A stretch of 64,000 nt of DNA, from assembly GCF_009914755.1 (NCBI RefSeq), contig NC_060947.1; one strand, 5' to 3'. This document shows, in pieces, positions 1-13,290 of the stretch. The position numbers and the translations under genes are program-made. Below the pieces are notes generated by a model that did not search any database, was not told where the DNA came from, and worked only from the letters and a program-made list of their open reading frames with translations. The stretch is from the human T2T-CHM13v2.0 reference genome, Homo sapiens. Position 1 is the stretch's first letter, and every line of letters begins with the position of its first letter.

Positions 1-681
1 TGTCTCTTCTGGAGGGTAAGTAGTGTTCTTTAAGATAATTTACCGGCCAAGTTAAGTAAAATGCTTTCTTTAAGATAAATTACTGGGTCCCAAACTAAAT
101 AAACCCAAAGATATTAAAGTATGCTGGAAGACAATGTTACCTGGTGGTTTATAAGACCTTCTTGCAAAGCTGGATCTGTAGACAGGGAGATGTTTTGCTT
201 AACTTCTAAGATGTTGGGTTACTGAGCTCTGTCCACATTCTTTTTGTGCAAAATTGCTTAAATTCATAACGAAATTATGACTCCATGCCATGTGGCCTGA
301 AGATGAGTCGTGTTCAGATTATATGCATTACATTTCAGCAGTTTTCTGGTGATGGCGTGATGTGTTTTATTCTCTATACCCACTACTTCTGATTCCCAGA
401 CCTTGTAGAAGATGTGTGCATTACCACAATGAACTTCAACTTGGTTTTGACAAAAAAACTCCTTACTTTCATGACTCATCCTACCCTTTGAGATCAGATG
501 GCTTAGCTAAGCTCATCTGTCTTTTGCTTAAAATAAGTTTTATCCTAACCATATGACTAAAAAATCTTAACTATTTATCTGTCTATGTAAAACTCTACAA
601 GTAGACATTTTCCACTTTTCAGAAAAAACGTTAAATAATTTAAATTTATGGCTCTAACTATATGGTTAAAATTAAAATTGC

Positions 682-870
682 AAAGGGGTAAAGGGGAGAA
701 GGGAGAGGAGCAGAAAAGATCACTATTCAGTACTGGGCTTCATACCTAGGTGTTGAAATTATCTGTATACCAAACCCCTGTGACACATCTTTACCTATAT
801 AAAAAACCTTCACATGTACCCCCAAACCTAAAATAAAAGTGAAAAAATAAAATAAATAAATAAAATAAAA
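682..870 (+). mobile_element. L1 3' end (L1PB/old L1PA-like), 5'-truncated
   Basis: Typical L1 3'UTR 'caaacccctgtgacaca..tttacctatataaaaaaccttcacatgtacccccaaacctaaaataaaag' followed by an A-rich tail. Confidence 0.85.
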
Positions 871-1349
871 TTACTTAAGGGAAAAAAGTGACAAAAATTC
901 TATACATTTCAGTGAAAGCGTTCTTTTCATAATAGTCACATTGAGAGAGTATGTGTTTGATTTAGTGTTGCTGGGGTTGCTAAAAACATTGTTGGATCTT
1001 TAAAAAATTGAATCTGGAATTCGTTAGTACATTTATATTTTTAGTCTGCACTCTTATTAGTTGTATGATTAAATTCCCATGGAAAAGATTGCAGTGTTAC
1101 AGAATTTATTCCCTGTCCTCCCCAGTCCTACTCCTCTCTTCAGAATGAGTCATCGTCAACATTTCAGTGTCCATCCTGACATTCTGCATATCATTCCCTC
1201 CTGTGTATCAATATGCAATACATTTCTATCTAAAAAAATGATTGGGATCATATTATATCTAAATTATGACTTGCAGTTTTCCATGTCTGCTCATATAAAT
1301 TTGTCAGATCTTCTGATTACCTAGTTTTCCATTGTATGAACGACACAAT

Positions 1350-1668
1350 TTTCTTTTTGATTCTTTTATTTATCTATTTATACAGGGTCTTGCTACATCA
1401 CCCCTGCTGGAATGCAGTGGTGAGAATCATAGCTCACTGCAACCTTGACCTCTTGGGCTCAAGCAATTCTCTCACTTCAGTCTCCTGAGTAGCTTGGGAC
1501 CGTATATACATGCCGCTACACAAGACTAGTGTTTTATTTTTAATTTTCTGTCGAGGTGAGACTTTGCTGTGTAGCCTAGGCTGGTCTCAGACTCCTGGAT
1601 TCAAGTGATCCTCTTGCCGTAGCCTCCCAAAGTGCTGAGATTAGACGTGTGAGCCACCATGCCTGGCC
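1350..1668 (-). mobile_element. AluJ
   Basis: Reverse-strand Alu dimer ending 'gagccaccatgcctggcc', with J-type 'catagctcactgcaaccttgacctcttgggctcaagc'. Confidence 0.9.
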
Positions 1669-2130
1669 AATGGTCACTCCTTGAGCTTCTAGTCTAAATA
1701 GTATGATGCCATAGACATAGCATGTTAATATGATGGTAGCATATGGAGGGAGCCCAGGCCCTTGCTATAACATAAGGCAGAAGAGAAGACAATGCATTCG
1801 GGAAGAGAGACTGAATGTCAACTGATTTCTCTTCCAACTGATGGAAACTCTTTTTAATTCTTCATCCTATAAGAAATAGAAAATAATACATTCCACCAAG
1901 CAATGATTGCATACCATGTAACTAAGCCTATGTTCATCTGTGTTCAGAAAAACAGAATATCAAATCTAGTACAAAAATTGTAATTATGGCTAGTTCTTGT
2001 TTGAATTTGCCTAGTGCATGGCCATCCTGTAGATTTACCTGATTTTTACACTGCAGGAAATATGAGATAAATGGGAATATGAGGACTACAACCTCAGAAT
2101 CCTTCATATCTTTAAGACTGTCATGTATTA

Positions 2131-2265
2131 GTCCATGCATGGTGGCTCACGCCTGTAATCCCAGCACTGTGGGAGGCCGAGATGGGAGAACAGCTTGAGT
2201 CCAGGAGTTTGAGGCCAGCCTGGGCAACATAGGGAAACTCCGTCTTTGTTAAAAAAAAAAAAAAA
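2131..2265 (+). mobile_element. FLAM/Alu left monomer
   Basis: 'ggtggctcacgcctgtaatcccagcac...' single monomer followed by poly-A. Confidence 0.85.
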
Positions 2266-2654
2266 GGATAAATTCTTTAAAAATGGCATGTATCTATAAA
2301 ACTCTCCCAAAGATGTATTGGTGCATCTATTCCCAAATTTGGCAGTGTATAGTAATGCTTTAGAAAAGATAGTGTTTCAATCATCAAAAGTGAGCTTAAA
2401 AATTAGTTTGGTTGAAATTGTCTCAGACTCAGTACTCACTGGATAAACTGACTTATTACATACTGCCTTGTTATCAGCAGTATTAAAATTACTATGCAAT
2501 GATATTGGATTACATGGATAAGATATAATAATAAATAAAAATTTTCCAAAATGGTGCTGAAATAGACTGGATTTAAGAATACTTACACAATTACTTAAGA
2601 GATATTCTGAAGGTTCTGTTTTGTTTTACTCTGAATCTAAAGACAACACAATTT

Positions 2655-3170
2655 TGTATCCTTTAACAAATATCTCCCTATCTCCCCTGTCTTCTCTTCC
2701 TCTAGTAACCATCATGTCACTCCACTACTATAAGATCTTCTTTAGTGTCCACATATAAGTGACAAAATTGGCATTTATCTTTTTGCGCCTGGCTTATTTT
2801 ACTTAACATAATGTCCTCCAGGCTCATTCATGCTGCTACAAATGACAGAATTTTCTTCTTTTTTAATGGCTGAATAGTATTCCATGGTGTATGTACACCA
2901 CATATTCTTTTTCCATTCAACCATCAATGGACACTTAGGTTGATTTTGTATCTTGACTATTGTGGATAGTGCTACAATAAACATGGGGTGCAATTACCCC
3001 TTTTATATATTGATTTTTTTTTTTCCTCCTTTGGGTATATACACACTAGTGGGATTGCTGGATTATAGGGTAGTTCATTTGCAGTTTTTGCGGAACTTCC
3101 ATACTGTTCTCCATACTGGCTGTACTAGCTTACATCCCCAAGAACAGTGTATAAGAATTTGCTTTCCTCT
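2655..3170 (-). mobile_element. L1MA-type 3' fragment
   Basis: 'ggctgaatagtattccatggtgtatgtacaccacat...ggacacttaggttgatt' is L1 antisense sequence; ORF 2799-2993 is an L1 ORF2 C-terminal remnant (PMFIVAL..NQPKCP). Confidence 0.85.
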
Positions 3171-3226
3171 GAAATGTCCTACTGTTATGTAAACTATCAT
3201 TATTAGTCAAAAGTGTATAATGGCTT

Positions 3227-3701
3227 CGAAGCAAGAGAGAGACCCTCTCATATTGTTTTATATTGTTTTATACTCAGTACCTGTTTTAAGAAGAAACAAC
3301 AAAAAAGTAAAACCAAAGACAGGCAGTCCGGCGCCAGGCCCGAAACCAGGCCTGGGCCTGCCTGATCTAAACCTAGTAGTTAAAAATCAACTCAGAGACC
3401 GATGTTATTCATAGATTCCAGACATTGTATAGAAGAACATTGTGAAACTCCCTGCCCTGTTCTGTTTCTCTCTGACCACCGGTGCATGCAGCCCCTGTCA
3501 CGTACCGCCTGCTTGCTCAAATCAATCACGACCCTTTCATGTGAAATCTTCAGTGTTGTGAGCCCTTAAAAGGGACAGAAATTGTGCACTCGGAGAGCTT
3601 GGATTTTAAGACAGTAGCTTGCCGATGCTTCCAGCTGAATAAAGCCCTTCCTTCTACAACTCGGTGTCTGAGAGGTTTTGTCTGCGGCTCGTCCTGCTAC
3701 A
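3227..3701 (+). mobile_element. Solo ERV1 LTR, LTR2B-like (HERV-E/Harlequin group)
   Basis: Starts 'cgaagcaagagagagaccctctcatattg' and ends 'gcggctcgtcctgctaca'; AATAAA near 3638; flanks gctt/gttt form a 4-bp TSD with one mismatch; CpG retained. Confidence 0.8.
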
Positions 3702-3952
3702 GTTTCACAGAATCTCTCTATACTGCTTTTGCAAAATCTGTCATCTATGTTATTTCAATATGAATAAAACGTTTAAAATATTATAAACATTCAGAAAGCA
3801 TAGTGATCATTTTTTTCTTTTTACCTACGCTTTCACTTATTTCTTTTCTTTCACAGAAAGCTACGAAATAATATTGATTATGTGAATGAAATGGTAATCA
3901 CAGTGTTGCCTGTCTTTTGTGGAATCTAATTAAACCTGCTGGCTTCCAAGGT

Positions 3953-4504
3953 AGTAAAGGAAATAAAAAAAGTTTACTCCAAAATACACTTCATTGATAT
4001 ATGTCAAGATGACTAGTCAGAAGTGCTGGAAACACAAGAATAGCAGAAAAGCTGTTTTTTGTGGAGGAGATTTGCATCTGTGGAGAAAGTGTGCATTTAG
4101 GCAGCCGGCTTTCTTTGATGGACTCCCTTGTTGGGATTTAAGAAAGAGGAACTGAGAGACTGACATCTTTAAAGGTCTGAAAGAGACATTTACCATCTAT
4201 TCTCTCCAAGGGCTGCTATCTGGGAGGTTTCATCTGCATAACAAGACCACTTTTGCTGGCCAGGCCTCCTCTTCTCTCCTCTTATAAGCTGTGTTGCCAG
4301 GACCCAAACCCCCATTCTTTCTGTAAACTCAAGATGGTATGAAAGCAATAACCATCTGGCCATTTCTTTGAGATATTCTGTTTCATAAGAGTTCCGTGCA
4401 CCATAATAAATTTGTGTGTCTTTTCTGCTATTAATCTGCCTTTTGTCAGTGATTGTCAATGAACCTTCAGAGAGCAAAGAGGCATTTTCTTCTTTGTCTT
4501 TGCA
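3953..4504 (+). mobile_element. Solo ERV1 LTR, MER34-like
   Basis: MER34/MER39-group 3' end 'aataaatttgtgtgtcttttctgctattaatctgccttttgtcagtg..gaaccttcagag'. Confidence 0.65.
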
Positions 4505-4634
4505 ATAGATACAGTAACTTCAAACCTCAACATGTTCTATACTTCTCAATAAAATGTATAGAAGAGGTACTGAGTTACATACTACTACGGGTTTTATTTT
4601 GTTGTTACTGTTGCCGTTGTTTTCCAATAATCAA

Positions 4635-4725
4635 TATTTAGGGCTTTATTGGCCAACAGGCCACAAACTCTTCCAGTGTAGCATGAAAGCAGCCACAGAC
4701 AAAAAGTTAAAACAATGAGCATGGT
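4635..4725 (+). mobile_element. MER58-like hAT fragment
   Basis: 'gtgtagcatgaaagcagccacagacaa..aacaatgagcatgg' resembles the MER58 core. Confidence 0.5.
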
Positions 4726-4729
4726 TACA

Positions 4730-4875
4730 AGAAAAGATCCTCTCTCTATGAAAAATACAAACATTAGCCAGTCATGATGGAGGCTGCAATGAACTATGAT
4801 TGTGCCACTGCACTCTAGCCTGGGTGACAGAGTGAGACCCTAACCTCCCCCACCAAAATAATAACATAAAATAAA
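4730..4875 (+). mobile_element. Deleted Alu fragment
   Basis: Linker 'aaaaatacaaacattagcc' joined to 'ggaggctgcaatgaactatgattgtgccactgcactctagcctgggtgacagagtgagaccc'. Confidence 0.75.
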
Positions 4876-5827
4876 AAGAAGGATCTTTTATGTCAAAAGT
4901 GTCCATTTTTGCATTCATGTGATTTGGAAATTTTTCATCATACAGGAAAGAAGTAAACATCCTTTGCCTTATAATATATTGGGCAAGAAATAAATAAGGA
5001 AACCTGAACGTAGAAAAATATGTCTTAAAAGTTCTGTTTCTTTCTTCTTTCCAACTGCTATCTACCTAACAGCATCTATAGAGACAGGGGGAAATGATTT
5101 CCTCCTTTTAACTTTCAAAAATTAGGGGAGCAGGCAATGACATTTCTTTCTACAGTGGTTCCAATGAAAAGTCAAGCCAATAAAAAGTGTATTACAGATT
5201 ACAGATTCTCATACAGATGTTAAGGAAAGAGAAACAGCCACAGAAGTTGATGGTCTAGCTCAGTAACTTCAAACAAAGCATTTGAGCATATGGACATGGT
5301 GTTATCTTAGTGACTCCAAAGAGGCTACTTTAGAGGAAGAAAGGGAATTTTACATCTCGTTTTCTCTTGAGATTTTAGCCTCAGAGTAATTAGCAAATTT
5401 CCAAGATTCATTTATGACATCTTCAAACTGGGGGAGGTATCTGAACACTTTCCTGGACTGTTATGAATGAAAGATACAAGAAGTGAAATTTCTGAGCAAA
5501 TTAGGCTAAGAAGTTGGTTATTAGAACCTGCTAATTTTGTTTTGTTTTGCCTGTTGTTGTTAAAAATGAAGGTCCTTTGCTTTTAGAGACACCATTCCAA
5601 TATCCTTCATCTAGATTCGAGTCCTTTCCTGATACTTAATATTTGTCAAGGCATGAGTAAACAATGATTGATAGAGAGGATTTGTTCTTTCAATGAACTT
5701 GGAAGGATAAATAGCAAGCTTAAAGTGTAAGAAAATCTACTTCCACGCTTTCCAGAAATAAATTTGCTCCTTTTATGAATGCTCTGCTAGTTCTTGTAAT
5801 AGATAAATGCAATAGCAAGTATATTCT

Positions 5828-6418
5828 TGTTGGAGGTTAGAAAACAAGACCCAAAATACAGGCCACAGAAGCAGCTCTCTCTGATCATCTTCTGCCCTCC
5901 TGTCTCTTGGTTGCATTTTCCCTCGAGGCGCCATAAAAACTAGAATCCCTCTTCCTCAAGGTGGGTCCTAGAAATCAGAACCCCATTTCCCCAAAGCCGG
6001 CCAGAAAACCTAGAAACATGACCCTAACTTTCTGTGTAGAAACTGGCCATGAAGAAATTCCCGGACCTACCTTGTTTGACTGTATGTCGTAAGACCCTCC
6101 ATTCCAGAGAGGGTCCTACCCCACACCCAGAAGGAAGAAAGAATGTTCAGAGAGGACAAAAAGAGTCTAGACAGACAGGCCTGGCTGGGTTTTCCCACTC
6201 CGTCCATTAGCTTTAGATCAGGCCTTTTTGGTCCAATCTTATTTCTAAAAATGGACATTTTCCTATGTATCTTGGGGTATTTATTCTAAAGGCCCCTGTG
6301 TATACACATTAAATAAATTTGCATGCATTTTCTCTGATTAATCTGCATTTTGTCAGTTGACTTTCAATGAACCTTCAGAAACTCTTTAGAGACAAAGAAG
6401 TTTGCCCTTGGTCTCTAA
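5828..6418 (+). mobile_element. Solo ERV1 LTR, MER39-like
   Basis: 'actagaatccctcttcctcaaggtgggtc..agaaatcagaacccc', 'ccattccagagagggtcctaccccac' and the MER39-type 3' end. Confidence 0.75.
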
Positions 6419-6673
6419 AGAGTTTACATAGCATTTTCTGTATAAGCATATAAAGTACATTATATACATGTATGTAAAACATATACATGTTGACACATGC
6501 ATCTTTAAACAAATTTTAGAAAACCAGACTTGGAGCCAAATTAAAAAAATAAATAAATAAACAGAGGCAGAGGTCAACAAGATAGTTGAACATATTCAGG
6601 TTGTTCAGACGTTGTTTCCAGTGAGGTCTTCAAAGCCCCATACTCTTTGGCATTTTCCATTCCCTCCCCCTCC

Positions 6674-6846
6674 TTTTTTTTTTTTTTTTTTTTTTTTGAG
6701 ACAGAGTTTTACTCCTATTGCCCAGGCTGGGGTGCAATGGTGCGATCTCAGCTCACTGCACCCTCAAACTCCTGGGGCTCAGACGATTCTCCTGCCTCAG
6801 CCTCCCGAGTAGCTGGGACTACAGGCACGCACCACCATGCCCAGCT
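6674..6846 (-). mobile_element. 5'-truncated Alu (right monomer)
   Basis: Poly-T plus right arm; TSD ccattccct at 6657-6665 and 6848-6856. Confidence 0.9.
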
Positions 6847-7365
6847 CCCATTCCCTTTTGATCTTGGGGCATAACCGGAAATTAGATACTGACTCCCAGC
6901 GTATTGGGAAGCTATTATGGACCAGTGGATTATCTGTTCTATCAGTTGCTAAGAAAGAAACACAAAGAACTTGGACTGAGGCAGACTCTCATTTGCCCTA
7001 GATAGGTCTTGTTATTTGCCTTGAGATCTTTGTCTCTAAAATAAGTGTGGGTGTAGGTTTTGTTTTATTTTTTTAATGGTATGTACCCACCCTGCTGAAA
7101 AGCACTGAGCAATGAGCAGGAAAAGTGAGTGTCCCCTAAGAAATGCAGTCATTCCTAGTTCAGAAGTCCATTCTTCTATGAGACACTAAGCAACAGATGC
7201 ACAAAGTTAGAAACCTGCAAAGGTCACATGACTCACTCACACTTGTGCTGCCGGGTTCTAAGGTTACTTTAATGTGTCTCAGATTCCAAATCATTTGGAT
7301 GCCATAAGTCCACCCATACAATCGGTGATTTGGCATCAACCGGAAAAGCTGTTAAACTTCTAGAA

Positions 7366-7991
7366 CAGGGTTTCTCTGCCTCATCATCATCGGCATTTGA
7401 AACCAATATTGAATTTTTAAATTTTAGATTCAGGGATTACATGTGCAGGTTTGCGGCAAGGGTTTATTGACGATGCTGAGGTTTGGGCTTCTATTGATCC
7501 TGTCACCTAAAAAGTGAACATAGCACCAAATAGGTAGTTTTTTTTGTTTTTCTTTGTTAGTTTAGTTTAGTTTAGTTTTGTTTCAAATGACGCTCCCCTC
7601 CTTCTCTCCCCGCTTTTGGAATCCCTAGTGTCTATTTTTCCCATCTTTGTGTTCATGTGTGCTCAATGTTCAGCTCTCACTTATTAGTGAGAACACGTGG
7701 TATTTGATTTTCCATTTTCACATTAATTCACTTAGAATAATGGCTTCTGGCTGCATCCTTCTTGCTGCAAACGACATGGTTTCATTCTTTTTATTGAATT
7801 GGATATGCCTTTGTGGTGGGGGCTGTGCCGGGCAATGTAAGATGTTTAGCAGCATCCGTGGCCTCAACCAACAAGATGCCAGTAGGACCTACCCCATCTT
7901 TTTTATTGACAACAAAAAATGTTTTCAGACATTGTCAAATGTCTCCTGGTAGGGGGCGGGGGGCACAATAGGCCCCACTTGAGGACCACTG
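7366..7991 (+). mobile_element. MER20 (hAT-Charlie), interrupted by an L1
   Basis: TIR-like ends cagggtttct...gaggaccactg; core 'gtaagatgtttagcagcatccgtggcctc..agatgccagtag'. Confidence 0.85.
7416..7791 (-). mobile_element. L1PB/L1PA 3' end inserted in MER20
   Basis: 'tacatgtgcaggtttg..', 'gtgagaacacgtggtatttg'; TSD tattgaatt at 7407-7415 and 7792-7800. Confidence 0.85.
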
Positions 7992-8475
7992 CTCTAATGC
8001 CCATCTAGTCGGTGGTCCACATTGTGCTGTATTCCTGATTGAATGAAGTACTAGAAAGCAAAGTAAAAAACATAAAATCTTTCTTAATGGAAAAACAAAA
8101 TTAATGTCAAGTATTGATTCTGTGATACGAATGAGAACATGGACCACACATGGCTGCGTCGGAGTTATGTCTCTGCCTTTCAGAGGATGCAGCCGCTTCA
8201 CTTTCCTTGCCTATCTGAGTCTTAAGGCAGCTGTGGTTTGGGCTGAAGAATTTCCTTGGTGGGATTCCAGTAATGATGGATGGCTGATGCTCCCTTTCTT
8301 GTCTACCCATCTCAAAATACTCTCATAAGCAGTCATGACTCCATACTCACTCTGACTGTAGACATTCCTTATCTCTGCATTGCACTATTGCCTCCATAGT
8401 GGCTTTTGTGGACAACCTTTTCAATTTCTATCATTGATCCTGATCCGATTCTTGTGGCCTTACTCAGCTAGTATG

Positions 8476-8800
8476 GTTTGTTTGTTTGTTTGTTTGTTTG
8501 TTTGTTTGTTTGTTTTTGAGATAGGGCTTTGCTCTGTTGTCCAGGCTGGAGTGCAGTCGTATAATCTCAGCTCACTGTAGCCTCGAACTTCCTGGCCCAA
8601 GCCATCCTTGTGCCTCAGCCTCCTGAGTAGTTGGGACCACAGGTGCTCACCACCACACCTGGTTAATTTTTAAAATGTTTTGTAGAAACAGAGTGTCACT
8701 ATGTTGCCCAGGCTGATTTCAGATTCCTGGCCTCAAGCGTTCCTCCTCCCTTTCCCTCTCAAAGCGCTGGGATTACAGATTTGAGCCACCAAGCTTCGCT
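8476..8800 (-). mobile_element. AluJ with (GTTT)n tail
   Basis: Reverse Alu dimer; tail converted to (GTTT)n. Confidence 0.9.
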
Positions 8801-9132
8801 TCACACTAGTATCTTTTAAGCTGCTCACTTTCAAAAGAAAATAGAAAGAAAGCAAACAAACAAATAAAAGCCCCAAAATACCATTTGGATGCTGGTTGTG
8901 GAAATGGTAAGTTTTAGACGTTTTTATCCAGAACACTCCAGTATTGAGATCTTTCTGCTTTCAGATACATTATAGATGCTGCAAAAAATGTGCCTGGACA
9001 CAGCACAATAGATGTGCCTCAGTGCCTTCAAATGCTTCCTGTAGAAGACTTCTTCTTGTCTTCAGTACCCCAAAAGAATTTATTCTCTATTGTTTAATGG
9101 ACTTAATGGAGTCCAATGTGACTTAATGGAGT

Positions 9133-9232
9133 CACAGCCTCCTCTACTATAACTACTCAAAAAGGCCTAATTAAATTTTACTTCCTCTCTTTCTTCATTC
9201 CATCCTTTTAAACTCTACTTTTAATTATATAA
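9133..9232 (+). pseudogene. MT-ND5 3' fragment (NUMT)
   Basis: 'caaaaaggcctaattaaattttacttcctctctttc' encodes QKGLIKFYFLSF; stop TAA at 9230-9232. Confidence 0.85.
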
Positions 9233-9757
9233 TCTATTACCCCGAGTAATTTCAATCACAACATAAACACCAACAAATAATGTTCAACCAGCAACTACCA
9301 CTAGTCAACATCCATAATCATATAAAGCACCCGCACCTATAGAATCCTCACGAATCAACCCTGACCCCTCACCATCAAAAATCACTCAACTTCCCATGTT
9401 ATTAAAATTAACTATGACCAGCAATCCATCATACTCAGCTGTTCACCAAATTAGCATCAACTCTATTACTAAACCCAATAAGAAACTCCCTAAAACCTCA
9501 ATACCTGATCCTCACGCCTCTGGGTACTCCTCAATAGCAATCGCCATAGTATGACAAAAAACAACCATCATCTCTCCCAAATAAATCAAAAAGACTATTA
9601 GGCCTATAAAAGCCCTACCATAATTGAACACAATAATGCAACCTGCAGGACCACTAATAATTAACCCTAACCACCCATAAATAGAAGAAGGTTTAGAAGA
9701 AAAACCTACAAATCTCATAACCAAAAGACTACTTAACAAGAATAAAGCATATGTCAT
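9233..9757 (-). pseudogene. MT-ND6 pseudogene (NUMT), full length 525 bp
   Basis: [68 protein letters not shown]; no frameshift, but in-frame AGA/AGG (mito stops) and TGA (nuclear stops). Confidence 0.95.
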
Positions 9758-9825
9758 TATTCCCACATGGGTTATAACCATGACTAATGATGGAAAAACT
9801 ATCGTTGTACTTCAAACACAAGAAC
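9758..9825 (-). pseudogene. mt-tRNA-Glu pseudogene (NUMT)
   Basis: 'tattcccacatgg..aaaaactatcgttgtacttcaa..caagaac' lies between ND6 and CYTB. Confidence 0.9.
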
Positions 9826-9829
9826 ACTA

Positions 9830-10970
9830 ATGACTATAATAAGGAAAACAAATCCACTAATAAAAATTATTAATTACTCACTCATCGATCTCCCCACTCC
9901 ATCTAATATCTCTATATGATGAAACCTCTGCTCACTTCTTGGCACCTGCTTATTCCTTCAAATCATCACAGGGCTATTCCTAGCCATACACTACACACCA
10001 GACACCACAACTGCCTTCTCTTCAATGGCCCATATTAATCGAGATGTGAACTATGGCTGAATTATCCACTATCTCCACACTAATGACGCTTCAACATTCT
10101 TCATCTGTCTCTTCCTACACTTTAGCCGAGGCTTATATTATGGCTCATTCATATACTTAGAAAACTGAAACATTGACATTATTGTCCTGCTCACAACCAT
10201 AGCAACAGCATTTATAGGCTATGTACTTCCATGAGGCCAAATATCATTCTGAGGCGCTACAGTGATTACAAATCTACTATCAGCCATCCCATGGACAAGA
10301 TCGGGGCTGACCTTTTTCAATGAATCTGACGCGGATTTTCAGTTGACAAAGCCACTCTCACACGATTCTTCACCATTCATTTCATCTCACCTTTTATCAT
10401 TGTAGCCCTAGCAACGCTTCACCTACTATTCCTCCATGAAGCAGGGTCTAATAACCCCTCAGGAATTTCACCACACTTCGATAAAATTACCTTCCACCCT
10501 TACTATACAATCAAAGATATCCTAGGTGTAATCTTCCTCTTCCTTCTTTTAACAATGCTAGTACTATTTTCACCTGATTTCTTGAGTGACCCAGATAATT
10601 ACACCTTAGCCAACCCCCTAAACACCCCACCCCAAATTAAATCAGAGTAATACTTTTTATTTGCATATGGAATCTTACTATCTATCCCCAATAAACTAGG
10701 AGGTGTATTAGCCTTTCTATTATCTATTCTTATTCTGGCAGTCATTCCTGCACTTCACACATCCAAACAACAAAGCATAATATTCCACCCACTAAGTCAA
10801 TATATGTTCTGATTCTTAGTCACCAACCTATTGGCCCTCACATGAATTGGAGGACAGCCAGTTGGCCTTCATTATCACTGGACAGATAGCATCCATAATA
10901 TACTTCTCTATTATTCTTGCCCTAATACCACTCATTTCCCTAATCGAAAATAAACTACTTAAATGAAACT
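9830..10970 (+). pseudogene. MT-CYB pseudogene (NUMT)
   Basis: [54 protein letters not shown]; +5 insertion ~10292, -5 deletion ~10864, and TAA in the PEWY motif at 10648-10650. Confidence 0.97.
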
Positions 10971-11037
10971 GCCCTTGTAGTACAACCCAATACACTGGTC
11001 TTGTAAACCAGAAATGAAGAACCCTCTCCCCAGGGCA
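10971..11037 (+). pseudogene. mt-tRNA-Thr pseudogene (NUMT)
   Basis: 'gcccttgtagta..ctggtcttgtaaaccag..agggca': acceptor stem gccct/agggc and TGT anticodon arm intact. Confidence 0.92.
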
Positions 11038-11040
11038 ACT

Positions 11041-12087
<1,047 letters not shown>

Positions 12088-12453
12088 TATCACTTTTTTA
12101 AAAATTTTACACCTTCAGTGAGCTTCATGTCTGCTTCAACATGATCATAATAGTTATTACTATGTATTGCATTTATTAATTTACATGTATCTCTACCCCA
12201 TAATCAGTAACCACCTGCTATAGTCCTAATTCCACACATCAGGCTAAACCATGGATAGATCATAAAATATGCTGAGAAATGTTGCCACAAAATACAAAAC
12301 AAAAGGTGACACACAATTTCTCCACTGATGATAAATAATTAATATAATTTCTCCTAATGGGGCAAGTGTTCTTGAGAGAGAACTTTCTTGCAATCCATCT
12401 ACGCTGGATAAAGGATCAAATTAAGCTATAATGTATTTGCCACTAAGAATTGT

Positions 12454-12774
<321 letters not shown>

Positions 12775-12834
12775 AAGAATTGTTGAATAAGGCAGATACA
12801 ATCATACCACAAAGTAATAAAATAGTCACTTGAC

Positions 12835-13290
12835 ATACACACACACATTTGTACACATATCTTTCTATCTCTCTCTGTCTATATCTATCTATATCTGTGT
12901 ATATATATATACATCTGTAAATCTATATCTGTATATTTATGTCTATATCTATCTATAAAAAGTCTACATCTATATTTGTAGATCTAAAGGTGTCTATCTA
13001 TCTATCATGATCTAGATATCCACCACCTATCATTCTATCTATCTATCTGGATATAGATGTATGATTGCTTTATCTACCTATCTATCTACCTTGATATAAA
13101 TAGATGTTATCTATCATCTATCTATACTATCTGTCATCTATTTTTTATCTATTTATGTGTCTATCTCTCTATCTGAATATAGATGTAAATAGAGCTATTA
13201 TTCTATTTATCTATTAAAAATAAATTAATAGACAAATAGAATAATAGATAGATAATATATAAATAGAATAATCTACCTTAAATGATACAT
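12835..13290. repeat. Degenerate (CA)/(TA)/(TCTA)n simple repeat
   Basis: Runs of tatctatcta that switch to atagat polarity near 13220. Confidence 0.9.

Noticed and set aside
4410-6380. Shared 'ttaatctgc.ttttgtcagt..tcaatgaaccttcaga' at ~4430 and ~6340 as paired LTRs of one provirus
   Set aside because: Only the 3' ends match, as expected for the related MER34/MER39 families; the bodies differ and no internal ERV sequence lies between them
9512-9781. 89-aa ORF as a functional NADH dehydrogenase subunit gene
   Set aside because: It is part of the NUMT ND6. It ends at a mitochondrial Trp TGA, contains AGA/AGG mito stops, and has no promoter evidence
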